DNA of 62,485 bases from Calcarisporiella thermophila CBS 279.70 (GCF_041956535.1 NW_027192211.1:10181-72665); one strand, 5' to 3'; positions 46,263 through 60,300 are shown, counted from the stretch's first letter. Notes: a model not told the origin generated them from the letters alone. Made by a program: numbers and translations.

Positions 46263-48577
46263 TCATACCATGGATCCAATTATTACTGCATCCACCATCG
46301 TCCCAGCAGGCAATTCACTCGTACCTGGAGAGGAGGCAGGTAATTTGAGCAAAGCTGTTGCTGACCGCATACTCAGCAACCTCGAACTTTGTTGAGCGCC
46401 TGTCGAATGAGCAACAAAATGTGAAGGTTGTGTGCGTGATGGTATAAGGACAACGCGGTGGAATTCAGGCCGCACTGGATCAAGTCGTACCGCATGTCCC
46501 AGTTCCACTTTCAGCTCGGGCAGTTTCCACTGTTCATATCCGGCCATTTTACGAAGCGCCGGAAGCACAAACACATAAAAACAGACAAGCGCAGAAACAG
46601 GATTTCCAGGCAATGCAAATACAAGCTTAGAATTAGAATTGGGGTCAGTTTCGGAGGAAGGAAGTGTAGCAAAAGTTGTTGGTTTTCCCGGCTTCAGATT
46701 GACGCGGCCAAAATGCAACGTTGCCCCCAATTTCTGCTCGAGCATCGGTTTTAATAGGTCCATCTCGCCCATAGATACTCCTCCCGTGGTAATCAATACA
46801 TCCACGCGCGAAACCGCATTTTTTAAGCGATTTTCTAAATCAAGCGCGTCGTCTGAAGCAATCCCCAAGTCTACCACCTCGAATCCCGCGCTTTTTACAA
46901 GTGTCATAAGTGAGAGCCGATTGCTATCGCGCACTTGACCATATTTGAGTTTTAAAGTCGAAGAATGATCGACTATCTCATCTCCCGAAGACATGATACC
47001 TACAACCGGTCGTCCAAACACAGATATCTCTCGTACACCCACTGACGCTAGCACTCCAACCTCTCCTCCCACAGACGAAATTATCTCTCCCGTATGAAGT
47101 ACTACCTCTCCAACTTTACAGTCCAATCCTACTTCGCGAATATTCTCCCCTTCACGGGGTTGCCTCAATATTTCAACGCTGATCTCCTGCTTTCCATCAG
47201 GACTGCTTTTTTTGAGCAGAGTGTCTTCAACCATAACAACTGCAGTTGCTCCGGCCGGAACAGCCCCGCCTGTCGTAATTCGGGCAATTTGACCAGGCTT
47301 AAGTGATGTGCTCCCAGCACTTTCACTCGATTCGGAAGTTGCAAGAGACACACCAACCACTGGGTAAACCCCAGGCCCATCTGATGCAATAACCGCATAG
47401 CCATCCACAATAGAAGCACGATATCCTGGCACTGGCTCGGAGGCAGTCACATCCTTGGCCGCAACCCATCCTACCAAATTTTCGTCTACAGGCCTGGTTA
47501 CAGGGTCGAATCGTACCGCATATTTAGCGATGACTTCGAGAGCCTCCTCTACGGGCTTCATAGGGAAAGGTGAGTGGCGTGCACGTTTAGCAACCGCTTG
47601 AATAGGATAAAGATAGGCATATTAGTATTTAATTGAAATTAAATTTTGAAATTATCCGCTAATTTACCCGGACTATAGATCCCTGTTGGAAGTTGTGATG
47701 CATCGCGCGTGACATCGAGTAGTGAATGCTCTCCCCCATGGTTGTGGTGGTGATGGTGGTGATGGTGATGATGCGAATGCAATCGATGACTACAGCGACT
47801 GCTATCGCCTGAGCTGAGTGATTGCTCGTTTTTGGATGCTGTTTGTTGCTCTTTTAGTTTATCGTGCACACGCCTTCCATTTCCACCGCGCAGCAGTTCA
47901 ATAGCGTGTGGTAAAACTCCTACAATAGCTTCTAAACTCTCTTTGGCCCCTTTAGGGCTTCCAGGGAGGGTAGCAATAATAGTGCCACCACGAATGCCCG
48001 CGACAGGTCGAGAAAGGCTGGCAAAAGGTGTTATTTTCAAAGAGCTAGCTAACATAGCATGACTTAGTCCAGAAGCTTGACGCTCAAATAGCGGTAGCAC
48101 GGCCTATTGAGGAATTATCTTTAGATTCCAAGCTGTCATGAATTCGCATTATTATTTACCTCAGGTGTGACATCACGTTTAGAAAATCCAGTGCCACCTG
48201 TGGTCAATACCAGATCTAAATGCTTATCGCACCAGCTCTTGACCGTCGACTGAATTTGATCGATCTCATCGGGGACAATTGCTGTGCACTCGACCGTAAA
48301 AATCCCTGGTTGGGACAAAAGTAGATTGCATAATGCCGGACCACTCAAGTCAGAGGTTGGGTCTTTTGATGCCGTGTCACTGACTATTTAAATAAGAGCA
48401 TTAAGAGCGTTCGCAATGGTATTTCAACCGATAATTTGAACCAACTTGTTCTAACCTGTTAGAACGCCTACTCGAAGGCTATCAAGGGCTTGAAAAAAAA
48501 AAACGTTTAGTTTGGAAAATGTCGAATGAATTTTTTTTATAATTATTTCACTAACCTTTAGAATCGTCGTCTTGCAT
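46263..48577 (-). CDS. cnxE: Gephyrin/CnxE (MogA G-domain + MoeA E-domain), molybdenum insertase; about 5 exons
   Basis: LRVGVLTVSD..DLSGP..VPDE..LVLTTGGTGFSKRDVTPEA..TLPGSPKG (G domain); His-rich linker; RARHSPFPM, SIVDGYAV, TTGGVSMGEMD, KPGKP, LPGNPVS, SSRLLSM (E domain). Confidence 0.96.
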
Positions 48578-49194
48578 TATTATTAAGGCGCTTAATTATC
48601 TTCGGAAACTCTTACCTACATTTTCTAGCCTATGTGAAAGCCTCGAAGTGGTAACCAAATTTGGAGAAACAGAATCAACCTCTTTAGGAAAACCGAATAA
48701 GCTTCCCATATAATAATAAAAAAGTAAGTTGAAAAATTGATTTTTTGAGAATATTTTAGAGTAAATAGCATTTAGGATGATAATTCTATATATTTAATGT
48801 GAATGATTTATTACTCTTAAAGGGTTATGTGAAGTATTGCTATATATATACTGACTCCATATCCAGAAATGCTAGAGTGAGTAAAGCATAAACCATAGAT
48901 GAGGAATTAACGATTCTATAGTTAGGCCATCTAGATATATAGGTTTCAACTTCTACTTGCTTCTTTGTCCATAATACATAGTTAAACCAACATATATTCA
49001 CAGGTAAATTTAATTCGATAACCTCTGGTAGTAATGTTAAGTTTTTAAAATAAATAAAACAGCATATATGTGACTGCCTATTAATTTACAACCGCTGACG
49101 CGTATACGCCGAAACGCGTAATCCTCACCTATTTGTAGCTCCGCTTCTCTCTTTATTGACCTTCTTTCGAAGAGCAGTTTATCTTAATCGAAAT

Positions 49195-50259
49195 ATGGAT
49201 TCATCGGGAAAATTTCAAGACTTTAGTCCGCTGAATGACCATGACGCCATCAGCTTAATTCAGCTCTTGCTCGATAACGAACTTGGCAATTCCCAGCTAT
49301 CACAGACATCCCTTCAATCGTTACAAATTCCAAATTCCCAACTCCAACAGCAAAAGTGCCAAACAGTGGAACCGGCCACCACTCAATTGGGAATCGATTC
49401 CGCCACCCTTATGAAGCTTATCGATGAACGCATAGCACGTAAACTCGAGAATTCAAACAAGAGCCAGAATGCAAAAGAGAGCAAGCGGGGTAGCCTGAAG
49501 CCAGTGTGCGAGGATATGCCCACTCCTGAGGAAATTAAAAAAATGAGCTCAAAGGAAAAGCGGCAGCTGCGTAATAAAATTTCTGCGCGCAATTTTCGGG
49601 TCCGAAGGAAAGGTAAAATTGACTCTAAGCATATCGCTAAAACCGCCTCTGTGGTGTTATACGCTTACATACTTCATCCTTCTCACCCTCTAGAGTATAT
49701 CACCAGTTTAGAGGAGCAAATTGAATATCAGAAGAAGGAAGTGGCAGAGCTAAGGGAGGAATTGAGACAGGCACAGGAAGAAAATGAGCGGTTGCGCACA
49801 GAAGTTGAAAATCTGCGTTCTGAGAAAGAAACGAATACGGATGATGGAATGGATATACTATACGGGTGTGACACTAAAATGTCAAGCAACGAATCTTCAA
49901 CTGGTTCACGACTTTTCGATTTATCCTTTAATAACACACCTCCTTTCGACCAGCAAAACTTCATATCTCCGCTTGCGAGCAAAGATATATTCGGAAACCA
50001 AATATTCAACCAGAATATCCAGGTGTACAGCAGTTTCCCATTGTTATGGCATAATGCAGAGGTGGAGCCTCATGAAGATATTAAAGTTAAGGTTGATAAA
50101 GAAGATATTCAAGAGGAATTGCGAGGGAAAACGCGGTTGGAGCTGCTTATGGGTGCTTTGATGTGGGAAGTGATGATGGAGGAGGATCAACTGAAAGGAT
50201 GCAAAGAATTGCTTGATTTGGGTGTAAAAAAGAATGTATTTACTTATGGTGATATATGA
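49195..50259 (+). CDS. bZIP transcription factor; 2 exons
   Basis: SSKEKRQLRNKISARNFRVRRK|EYITSLEEQI..leucine heptads; intron ~49613-49693. Confidence 0.92.
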   Translation: MDSSGKFQDFSPLNDHDAISLIQLLLDNELGNSQLSQTSLQSLQIPNSQLQQQKCQTVEPATTQLGIDSATLMKLIDERIARKLENSNKSQNAKESKRGSLKPVCEDMPTPEEIKKMSSKEKRQLRNKISARNFRVRRKGKIDSKHIAKTASVVLYAYILHPSHPLEYITSLEEQIEYQKKEVAELREELRQAQEENERLRTEVENLRSEKETNTDDGMDILYGCDTKMSSNESSTGSRLFDLSFNNTPPFDQQNFISPLASKDIFGNQIFNQNIQVYSSFPLLWHNAEVEPHEDIKVKVDKEDIQEELRGKTRLELLMGALMWEVMMEEDQLKGCKELLDLGVKKNVFTYGDI

Positions 50260-50545
50260 GCTAATCGAGTATACACATTTATTTCACGTTTTTGTCATAT
50301 TTCATAAATTGACTTTCATATTGCAAGGGACTTTCTATCCCACGTGTGCCTTGATACATAGTCTGAGATAGACAAAAGAAAACTTCTCTATAAGATAAAA
50401 CCACGATCGTTTCTAACGCCAGACGATCATACAAAAGTTACACGTGAATTAAAATTTGATTCGTCGAATCAAAAAGATAGTTAACAAAACTGGACCTCGT
50501 TGTGTGTGAATATTTTACGGCTCTGCTTCTTACATAAAAAAAAAG

Positions 50546-53500
50546 ATGGATAGTAGCAGCTTTATTGTTACAGAGTTTGAGCAGCCAGAAAGATATGTTG
50601 AAGCGATTTCCTCCCAGTCCTCCGGTTGTGGATTAGTTTACTCAAACTACGATTATATGCGTGACCGTAAAGATATATTTAGCTTAAACTTATGTATTCT
50701 AAACAGACTCTTTGGAATACGAGAGCTATGTTTTGCAAAAAGCGAAAAAAGATATGGCACAAAACACCTCTTTGAAGCAGCTTCCTGTGGAAAATATATC
50801 CGCGAGAGACATGAAGAGTTACATAAACCCAATATATGCGGGGAAGTTAAGTATTGGCGGTAAATCCAATCTAATGCTAACTGAGAAGGCTACAGCAGAT
50901 CCAAAATTTGGATTAAATTCTGAAGAAAATACCGACGAACATGAAGATGAAAATGAGAATGTCAATATGATGTTAATAGATGGGTAAAGAAATAGGTCCT
51001 TGATATGTGCATATGGATTTTAGATCATCCTTGCTATGATTTTCCGCAATCATCGACTTGGCTGTGCATACTTCGATACGAGTCTCTCGACTCTCTTTGT
51101 GATGGAAGACATTAAGGAGGACCCCCCGTTTGAATTTGCAAAATTATGTAAATTATCTCATGTTTTTTTTTATTTCTCTGGATATATGCGCTCACCTAGA
51201 GTTATTTGTAATATCGATGCACTGCAAAGTGAAATTTCAAGTTGATGCCTCCACGATCCTTACGAATTCGCATGTTGACGAGAAGCTTCTTGTCGTGTTA
51301 AAAGAAAATGTTAAACTGGAATTACGGCCGATGTCAGAGTTTGCGTATCCTGCTGCAAGAAAAAAATTACTGATTGCCTTTGAGCGATGGAAGTACCCGA
51401 ATCCTCCCCGACCAGATATGAAAGATGTATATCTCCACTTGTCAAGCTGTATCAATTTAGAATATCATGAAGCTGGGCAGAGTGTTAGTGAATCTAATCA
51501 GGACTTTTGAGCATAATGCTTAAATATTTCGTTAATAGGTGGGATGCGCAGGTGCATTGATTGCTTACTTGAGCTCATCCAAACTGAATCCTGGTGAGGC
51601 TAAGAGGCTCTTTAAAATCGATCAGTTTACTGCGTATGTTAAAGTAGTGGGAGATTGCTGCATTATGTTTAAATTAATGACAAAAGGTTCGCTCTATATT
51701 TTAGTAACAGCTATCTTCATATCAACGCTGATGCGATCCTGTAATGCTAGCAGACTTTTGGGCAGCTTACACATTGCTTATTCTGTTAACTTTCATCAGT
51801 TCATTACAAATATTCGAAGATGAGTTGCACCCTAGCTTATACTTGCATGCGGGTAGTAAAGGAGTCTCTCTTTTCGGTACTTTACTGGCTTATCCTATAT
51901 TATTTATGTTTGATGATAATAATGAGCTTTCAGGAATGCTCAATTGTACCCGCACAACATTGGGAAGTCAAATGCTCAAACGTTGGTTCCTTCGCCCGAC
52001 GAGCATTCTGGACATTATTGAGCAGCGTCATCGTGGAATTGAATGCTTTTTAAGATTGGAGAATGCTTACAACATGCAACAAGTTGCAGCGCAGCTAAGG
52101 CTTGTGAAGAATATACCACGCATTTTGGATGCAATGCTTAGAAAATCAAACTTGAGCGACTGGAAGGCGTTGGTCCAGGTAGGTATTCATTTTTCAATAG
52201 TAAATTAGCGAGTACTTAATTATGTATATCTCAAGTTCGCGCGTGCATGTGTGAATATCCGTAATCAGATATTATATGTGACATACGCGAATGGTATCAA
52301 TATATTTGAAAAGGTACGAAAATTAGACTCGGCGAAAATTAGTTTCTCTTAATTTATTAAATTGATGTCGCTTAGATAATGCGAGAGTTCTCCTCAGAAA
52401 CGTTCCATGAAATAGGAACACTCATAAACGATATAGTAAATACTCTATAGCTTTGTTTTAGGAATGAAGTAAGGCTGCGTATTCAATACTTCGAGTTATT
52501 TGCAGATAGATTTCGAGGCGAGTAAAATCGAGAATCGGTGCGTTGTCAAGGCACATGTGGAAGAAGTAATGTACCCCCAGACGTTTGATTCGCCACTCTT
52601 GTCATTTCATCATAAAAATACTCTGAAATAATTAAGGAGCTAGATGAAATGAAGAGGATCTACGCCGGATTGGATGATTTTCTAGTCAGTTTAATATTCA
52701 GTTTGTGGGAATTTTTTGGAGCATCTCAACTCACTTTTTTGGATTTAGTCGGCAGTCGCTTGCGACATTAGCAAAGATCTTCCACAGACATTGGCTAATA
52801 CATTAAATGTAACGTATATCCCACAAATTGGTTATCTTATATCTCTTCCACTACCCCGCGGAGACGCAGATTCGAGTGCAATAGCGACAGCTGGGTTTCA
52901 GTATCAGGTTGATTAAATATCTATCAAGATGGAATCAGAGAATAATGATAACTTTTTCTACAGTTCAGCACTGCTAGCACGATGTATTACAAAAATAGCA
53001 AGATGTGTGGTAAGTCTGGTAATATTCTAGAACATATACTTTCTTACTTTCTTGATGTTGATATATCCACTAGAACTTGACGCCTATCTTGGTGATATCT
53101 ATGGGTATATCACTGGTAAGTCGCCAAATGTGCCTTATTTGACGACCATTGTATCGACGCATATCCTGATTTTAGACCGGGAGTTGGAGATTATCCAAAA
53201 GTTACAGAATAATGTGCTTCGACACACGCTGTTCTTGCAGCAAGCTGCCGAAGTTTGTGCCGAGTTGGACTGGTAATTCTTGCGCCAGAAATGTTTAAAA
53301 ACTGTGCGCCTTAATTTCTTCTTAATAGCTTAATCGCTCTGGCGGAATGTGCGAAAAAATACAACTATACTAGGCCTGCAGTTGTGAATGAGAATGTATT
53401 GCATGTCACTGGAGGGCGGTAGTACTTATTTATTCCATCTACGTCAAATATTCACTACTCATTGGCACAATAAATAGTCATCCACTACAAGAACATTTCG

Positions 53501-54677
53501 TGGACACTTTTGTTCCAAATGACATATCTCTAGCGGAAAGGGATAAGAAAGTAATGCTTCTCACCGGGTGCAACTCGTCTGGAAAGAGTGTATATATGAA
53601 GCAGGTCTTTTCGAACAGATCGAATCTCATTTTTCAGTGAATCCAACTGATCTATTTACACTTATTAGATCGGGATGATAACATATATGGCACACATTGG
53701 CAGTTTTGTCCCTGCTGAATCAGCGGTAATTGGAATAACAGACAAGCTATTGACGCGGATAAAAACTCGCGAGACTGTCACAAAAGTATTTTTTTTTTCA
53801 CTGAAACAATTTTGTCTAGGCATATTGAGATATTAACATACATAAAATACCACTGAAGATGCAGAGCGCATTTATGGTGGATGTTCAGCAAATATCGCTC
53901 GCAATTAACACGGCTACCGGTCGAAGTCTGGTCTTGGTGGATGAATTTGGAAAGGGCACACAGGCGTGTGGTTGGTTTTAATTTAGCGCGGTTGCTGCTA
54001 TCAACAAGTTTTTTCATATTCAACGTATATATATAGATGGAGCGGCTCTTTTCGCGAGTATAGCTGAACACTTTATCAAGAGGGGAGAGGAGTGTCCAAA
54101 ACTAGTTTTAACTACCCACTTTCATGGTATACTCCAACGAAAATCTTCGATGCCCTTCCTCCCTAATCGTCCTCTCTTAATGGCAGAGATCTTTGATTAT
54201 ATCCGCCCCGAATGGCCTATCCAAATCAATACTATGGAAATAGCACAAGCTCTGGACCCGGAAACATATCAAATAAACCCTTTATTTAAGTAACATCGAG
54301 ATATCGTTTTATTCATGCATATCAAATGATTAATTACTCAAGCGTTGATAGGATAGTGCCTGGAAGGGGAGGTTTGTCGTTTGGAATTGCGTGTGCTGCT
54401 GCAGCGGGCATGCCTACCGAGGTTCTCGAAAAGGGTAGGAAGTGTAGAGATTCTCACATTAATTATATATGCTTCTCATCTATTACCCATAGCAAAAAAT
54501 TTTCTCGCCTACCTGTTGCAGAATGAATCACTTCCAGACTGTATCACAGATGCCGAAAGGGACCATCTAGAAAAGTGTGAACAAATAGGGAGGAGATTTT
54601 TGGCACTAAATTGTAGAGATGCGGATAAGGTGCGAGAGTTTTTGTTGTGCATTGAAGGGATGAAGATCGAGATTTGA
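50546..54677 (+). CDS. MSH5: MutS homolog 5 (meiotic crossover); about 25 exons
   Basis: [31 protein letters not shown]; IPQIGYLI; LDAYLGDI; RHPLQE..FVPND; [15 protein letters not shown] (Walker A); AHIGSFVPA; [20 protein letters not shown]; [13 protein letters not shown]. Confidence 0.95.
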
Positions 54678-54747
54678 ACTAAGCAAAGATTGTCATCTCT
54701 TGCAAGTGAAATGCTTACTAACTAGCTAGTGGAAAATATAATAGCGT

Positions 54748-55630
54748 TTATAGCACTGTATAAATAAATAATTGCAGCGCACGAGCAAGCCATCTCATTT
54801 CTTCTAAACAGTTCATTTTTGCTGACATCTTTATAGCGATTAAAAAATTGAGAATGTCTTTAGTAGATGATAATTTTTTAAAGCCATATTTTCGTGATAC
54901 CGAGAAAATAATATAATAATTGGATGGAAAAAAATGGTGAGGAGGCATTAAATGAAAGATATTTTTCGTGTGTTTATCTATATCTTCCACGCCCAATCAA
55001 ATTCAAATCCAGAACTCATATATAAGCGTGAACCATCTGGCAAAAATTGCATTCCTCCTTTCATTCTCTACAATGGAATTGGCATATTAGAAGGTAAATA
55101 TATATTTTTCTCTACTCCATTAAAATCCCATTTAGCTAAGGAGATTCTCGTATCCACTTTGGTGATGGAGAAGCACTCTTTCAACGAATGGGAATATCAA
55201 AATTGTTTGTATTTTCCTGCCACATGCACAATTCATTGCATGTGGTATCAAAATCTTCAAACAACATGTTTTATTATCTTACTTCTGCTATATCCTTGCT
55301 ATATGCTTCAACAAATTCTAATCGAGCTTCTGCAAAGTAGATGGAATCGGGCGATTTTTTTGGACTTGTACAACTCCGTTGAAATCGTATTGAGCTCATC
55401 TTGTTGCCTCATCATATCATTTATATCGTTTTCTTTTTTTTTGCATCTTATCAATACTCCAACTGAATACATACTGCATTTTTCTAAAATTCTATTAATG
55501 AATAATAATACCGTTAATTCTTTTAAATGTGAAAGCTATTTCAAATCTGCTTCCGAGCCATTCAGAGCTAAACAACAATATATGATGTGCAAACTCGTTC
55601 TCACATCGATTAATAAAATGTCTTGCATTA
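54748..55630 (-). CDS. Possible small multi-exon gene or pseudogene, unknown product
   Basis: Short coding-like blocks (ENDINDMMRQQDELNTISTE; EARLEFVEAYSKDIAE; MNCLEEMRWLARALQLF) with GT/AG-like borders; a consistent spliced frame could not be fully built. Confidence 0.35.
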
Positions 55631-55805
55631 TCACTACTTAAATTTTTTTATTCAAACAGCATTCCCTTTGCTTGATAGCTAGACTACAGTCTGTTAGAGC
55701 ATTCTGCAGGAATTTCGCGTCTTCGAGGCGCAGTCACTGAATAGTTTTTTGTTTACTTGATTCTCTACCAATTTTCTCCACTGCTAGAGATCGTGACAGA
55801 TCATA

Positions 55806-56389
55806 ATGTTACAGCTGCTGGGCTCTCTAGGCGGCATAGCTCGTACCACCCGCCCATATCTATTAACTCCCACCCTTTCTCGTTTCTACTCCATTTCGTC
55901 CAAACCCTCTCCATCCACTCCAGCCGAAAAACACACCCGCAAACCCATCGACACTTTTGGTGACATCCTGGCCAATGTTGCCGATTCTGCACGTCGTCCA
56001 GCAGCACCTAAACGCATAGATGAGCACCAATGGTGGGAGGCCGCTGCACAAGACTCTGCTAGCACCCGCAAGAAGGGCCCATACCAGGGCCGTTCCGTCG
56101 AAGTGTATCACGAAAATGTATTGGGCAGTTATGGATACTTAAATGCCGTTTTGAACAGAAACAATATACGAAGAGAAGTGCGAGCCAATCTCTACTACGA
56201 GAAGCCTGCACAAGCGAGGAGACGTTTGCGACAGGAAAGAAATAGAAAGCGTTTCCAGGATTTAGTACGGAAGAAGGTAGCGCTCATCATGCAAATGAAG
56301 AACCGGTATGTGTTTTTATCTCTTCAGACTCGTTCGGCTCAGCAGAGATTAACCTGGACGATCTTTTTTTTATCAATAGGGGGATGTAA
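55806..56389 (+). CDS. MRP21: Mitochondrial ribosomal protein bS21m; 2 exons
   Basis: Presequence; GRSVEV..LNAVLNRNNIRREVRANLYYEKPAQARRRLRQERNRKRF..V; intron 56306-56379 gives the C-terminus KNRGM*. Confidence 0.9.
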
Positions 56390-56564
56390 CTCTTCATGCT
56401 AGCGAGCCGCAACATATACGTTATATACTCTCTAGTGTACAGATATATATACTTTTTTTATCTTCCTTTTTATGTTTTTATCTACTGTTGTTTTGTTGCA
56501 CCTTTTGAGGAATGGAATGATATTAGAGTGTGGTGAAATAACAAAAGCAAATGAGACCCAAAGT

Positions 56565-57733
56565 TTAATGTGCTCCCAGGAACTGGCCCATATCAAATTC
56601 GCCCTTTTCATTTTTCGTCACAACACCCTTTTCCGTGACAATAGCGGTGATGAGCTCGGCAGGGGTCACATCGAATGAAGGATTCCATACGCCGATGCCG
56701 GGAGCAGCCACTTGCACGGTTGCATCCTCTCCCCCCAACAACCCTCTAATCTCGGATACTTCCTTCGCGGGCCGCTCTTCAATCACAATGTCCTTCCCAC
56801 TTGCAATTGTCAGGTCAACCGAGGTCGACGGCGCTGCAACGAGGAACATGACTCCGTGGTGCTTCGCTGCAATCGCAAGTTGATAAGTTCCAATCTTATT
56901 TGCAGTATCGCCGTTGGCAGCCACCCGATCAGCACCAACAACAATGGCGGCCAAATTTGGCTCCGATCGCATCAGGGCTGAGGCCATTGAGTCGCAAACA
57001 AGCGTAGCTGGCACGCCCTCGTATACAAGTTCGTAGGCAGTAAGCCGCGATCCTTGATTGTATGGCCTTGTCTCGGTGCAGAAGGCATGAGAAAGAGCGC
57101 CCTGGGAGTTTAGCGCACGGATGATGCCAAGGGCAGTTCCGTAGCCTGCGGTAGCCAGTGAGCTATAAACGGAAAGGAGAATCAGCAATTGTAGAAAGCA
57201 GCAGAGAGACGAAGAACAAGCCCTTACCCAGTGTTACAATGCGTTAAAACTTTGATCTCCCTGTTTTCCACATTCTTCAGAATAAATTCCGCCCCATACT
57301 TGCCAATATTTTTGTTGTCCTTCACATCGTCTTCTAGCATCTTCTCAGCTGCCTCGATAAATGTCTCCACCACCTTTCCCTCTGGTTTCTCCGCCTCTTC
57401 TCGCGCTAACTTCTCCAATTTTGCCGCTGCATCAAATAAATTCACGGCGGTCGGTCGCGAGGTTTTAAGCCGCTCAAGGCCATTAATTATGTAGTCGCGA
57501 GCAGCGATTTGAGAGGGAAATGATCCGATCCGCGACAACTCAACTGCAAGCGATAGAGCTGCGACAATGGCAATGGCAGGGGCGCCCCGCACTTTCATAC
57601 TCTTAATGCATGCATGGCCGTCTTCGACTCCCAAGACGGGCTCGAAAACGGTCTTGTGAGGGAGGAGCAGCTGATTGAGAATCTGAAGATTTCCTCGAGT
57701 GTAGCGGATAGCTTCCAGGGTGGGTGCAGACAT
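56565..57733 (-). CDS. MRI1: Methylthioribose-1-phosphate isomerase; 2 exons
   Basis: [10 protein letters not shown]; SRPTAVNL; LTHCNTG|[12 protein letters not shown]; [12 protein letters not shown]; [18 protein letters not shown]; NPSFDVTP. Confidence 0.97.
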
Positions 57734-58040
57734 GATGCCGGGGAGGGTGGAATGAATTTGTTGACAATGTTTTCCTGCTCTCCCTCGAGCACCTATTTAT
57801 TTCCACACCATCTGGGTTCGAATAGGCCTGAGCGAATCAATTTCATACTTCCAAACATCATCGAGGTCTGGATCGAATGATTTCTCGCAATGAAACTTTA
57901 TTTTCAAATGACTATATACGAGAAAGGAGCGATAAGACTATGCTATCTCTATGTAGATACAATTCTTAAAATATACTAATGTGGATGAAATAGTGCTATA
58001 TGGCAATGTATAGAGGAGGTATGGAGTTGTTTTTTATACT

Positions 58041-59740
58041 TCACTTGCGAAGATTCAGTGTCTTTGCAACCAGGCTGATTAATTCTCCATTGTCGTGGTG
58101 TAGAGCCCATATCATTGCGCCTCCCAGCCTTTGTTTGCGAACAAAATCAAGCTTGATCTTGAGGGACTTCATGTCGTCGTACGTGATAATCATGTTCGTC
58201 TGAGTGTTATAGAGCCAGGGCTATAGGGGTAATAGAGGGGTGAAGAGCAATGACCAAATATGCCCAACTTCAGGCGCAACTTACGGTTTGCGTGGTATTG
58301 TCCCAGTGCCGCACCCATGGTGATTTGGCCGTGTCCGGCGATTCCAGGACTTGTTCCCTTAGCAATCGCCACTGCCATGTTCCTGAATATCCCGTTGTTC
58401 CGGCGCATGGATCGGTCCACACTCCATCCTCGCGGTCACCCATCGGGATCTCTGGTTTATGGCTCACATGCATGGAGCCTCCAGACACCGGCTCGGATGC
58501 AATCAGAGAGCGCCCATAGAAAGGGATCCCCATGGCGATTTTCTCGCGAGGCATTTTCGCTTCTATCCATGCGTTGGCCGATGTCACAAAGGAGAAAGGA
58601 TCGCCCTGAGGATCCACCTTGAAGGGCGCGTTGGGCCCAATGGTTCTACTCCACCCGCCGTGAATATCATAGGCCATAGGCATGATTCTATCTACGACGG
58701 TAGCGAATTTGGATACGTCCGTCAGCGGCTTGCCATTTTTCTCGAATGGAATGAGGCGCACGGCGAGGGTTAGCTCCTTTTCATTATTGTAATGCTTCTT
58801 CATTGCCTTGCGCAGTTCGGAGAGCAAGAGGTAGAAGTTGTCCACGTCGTTTTGCGCGTCGAATTTGTTACACGTGTTCCCTTGTCTCCCGGGATATTCC
58901 CAATCGATATCTACCCCATCGAGGTTGTACTTTTTGACCAGCTCGAGTGCTGCGTTGATGAAGGTTGCGCGAGTGTTTGCGTTGGCAGCAAGTGTCGAGA
59001 AATGCGCAGACCCGGTCCAACCCCCTATGGACATTAAGACCTTTGCATTCTTCTCGTGAGCCAGCTTTACGACTCGTTGGAGCAATGCATCGGATTCAAA
59101 GTGAGGGAGATTATCTTCTTTAACCACACTGAAAGCTGGACAAAGTAGAGATGAATACAAAAAAAAAATAAAATAAAATTATGTGGCTATTTTCTTGAAT
59201 TCAAGAAGACATCATAGTGAAGAGACATGCGTACCATAGTTAATATGAGTCAAGCTGTCCCACGGGATCTTTTCGGGCGGCAGTTTTTGGGATGTCCAAT
59301 CGGCATAGTATCCGACAATGACAGGCGACGAGACCTCTTTGACATTCACTAACTCGCTTTGGGGAAGCATTCGATCTAGTACCTCTGGCGGCTCGTTTAT
59401 TTCCGTGGTCCATTCTTGTGCCTCGCCGGGTTCTCGGTTGAGGGTCATCAATGAGTTGGGCAAAAGCTTGACCCCGCCAGGCTCATTCGGCTCACTATTG
59501 ACTTTGTCGAAAGCATAAAGACTGGGATCATTGATTATATGCGCGGCCACTGTCAAAAGAGATGCGCACATTAGTATACGGCCGTTGACCAAAAAGTAAG
59601 CAAGTGAGGATAAGCCAATAAATACCATGTCCGTTGATCACCTCCAGACGCCGGAGACCTACGGAGTCGAGCATAGGATTGGGCATCACCGCACCATGGA
59701 TCAATCGACACAGATATAGCAACAGCCCCAACCGTCTCAT
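58041..59740 (-). CDS. Secreted GH18 chitinase; about 4 exons
   Basis: Signal peptide; IVGYYADW..LTHINYAF; KVLMSIGGW; catalytic LDGVDIDWEYPG; MAYD; KIAMGIPFYG; last exon ITYDDMKSL..GGAMIWAL. Confidence 0.96.
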
Positions 59741-60300
59741 GCTTTAGGCTTTCTGTCTTGAATTACGAGGCACAGATTATGGAAGAGGGAGAGAGGGGGA
59801 GAAGAGAGAAAGAGAGAGAACGATGGGGATAGGAAAGCATATGTGGATGAATTTATCGAAAACGCGTTAATTTTTAGGCTCAGTCTGTCCCAAATTTCAT
59901 TTCGACCCACCGGTTTTACAATACAACTGCCCATTTCATCCTTCTATTTGAGTTGGCCGATCGAGATAAATCTTCGGGAATATTTGGAAACTCGGACACC
60001 GGCCAATCACTATGCCCTCGAGCCAAAGTAGAGCAGCTCGATATGTATCGCAAAACAAACCCACCCACGCCAACGGCTCTGCCTATCCTTTTTCACAATA
60101 GCAACCTCCTTACAATCATATTGCCTTTCTTAGCATTGTATTATGTCATGCTCCTTGGGAAATTCTAGATACTATCAAGTGAACATATGGACTCCTCTCT
60201 TTAACCTGGTTTATTATGCGACGCAAGCCTAGGTCTGTTTCGCTCCCTATCAAACTGTTGTATGGCAATGGGTTTCTCACGATACACCTGTGGACGAGCT

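Noticed and set aside
54952-55641. 229-aa plus-strand ORF
   Set aside because: Ile/Phe/Leu/Cys-rich composition typical of antisense or AT-rich noise; no domain
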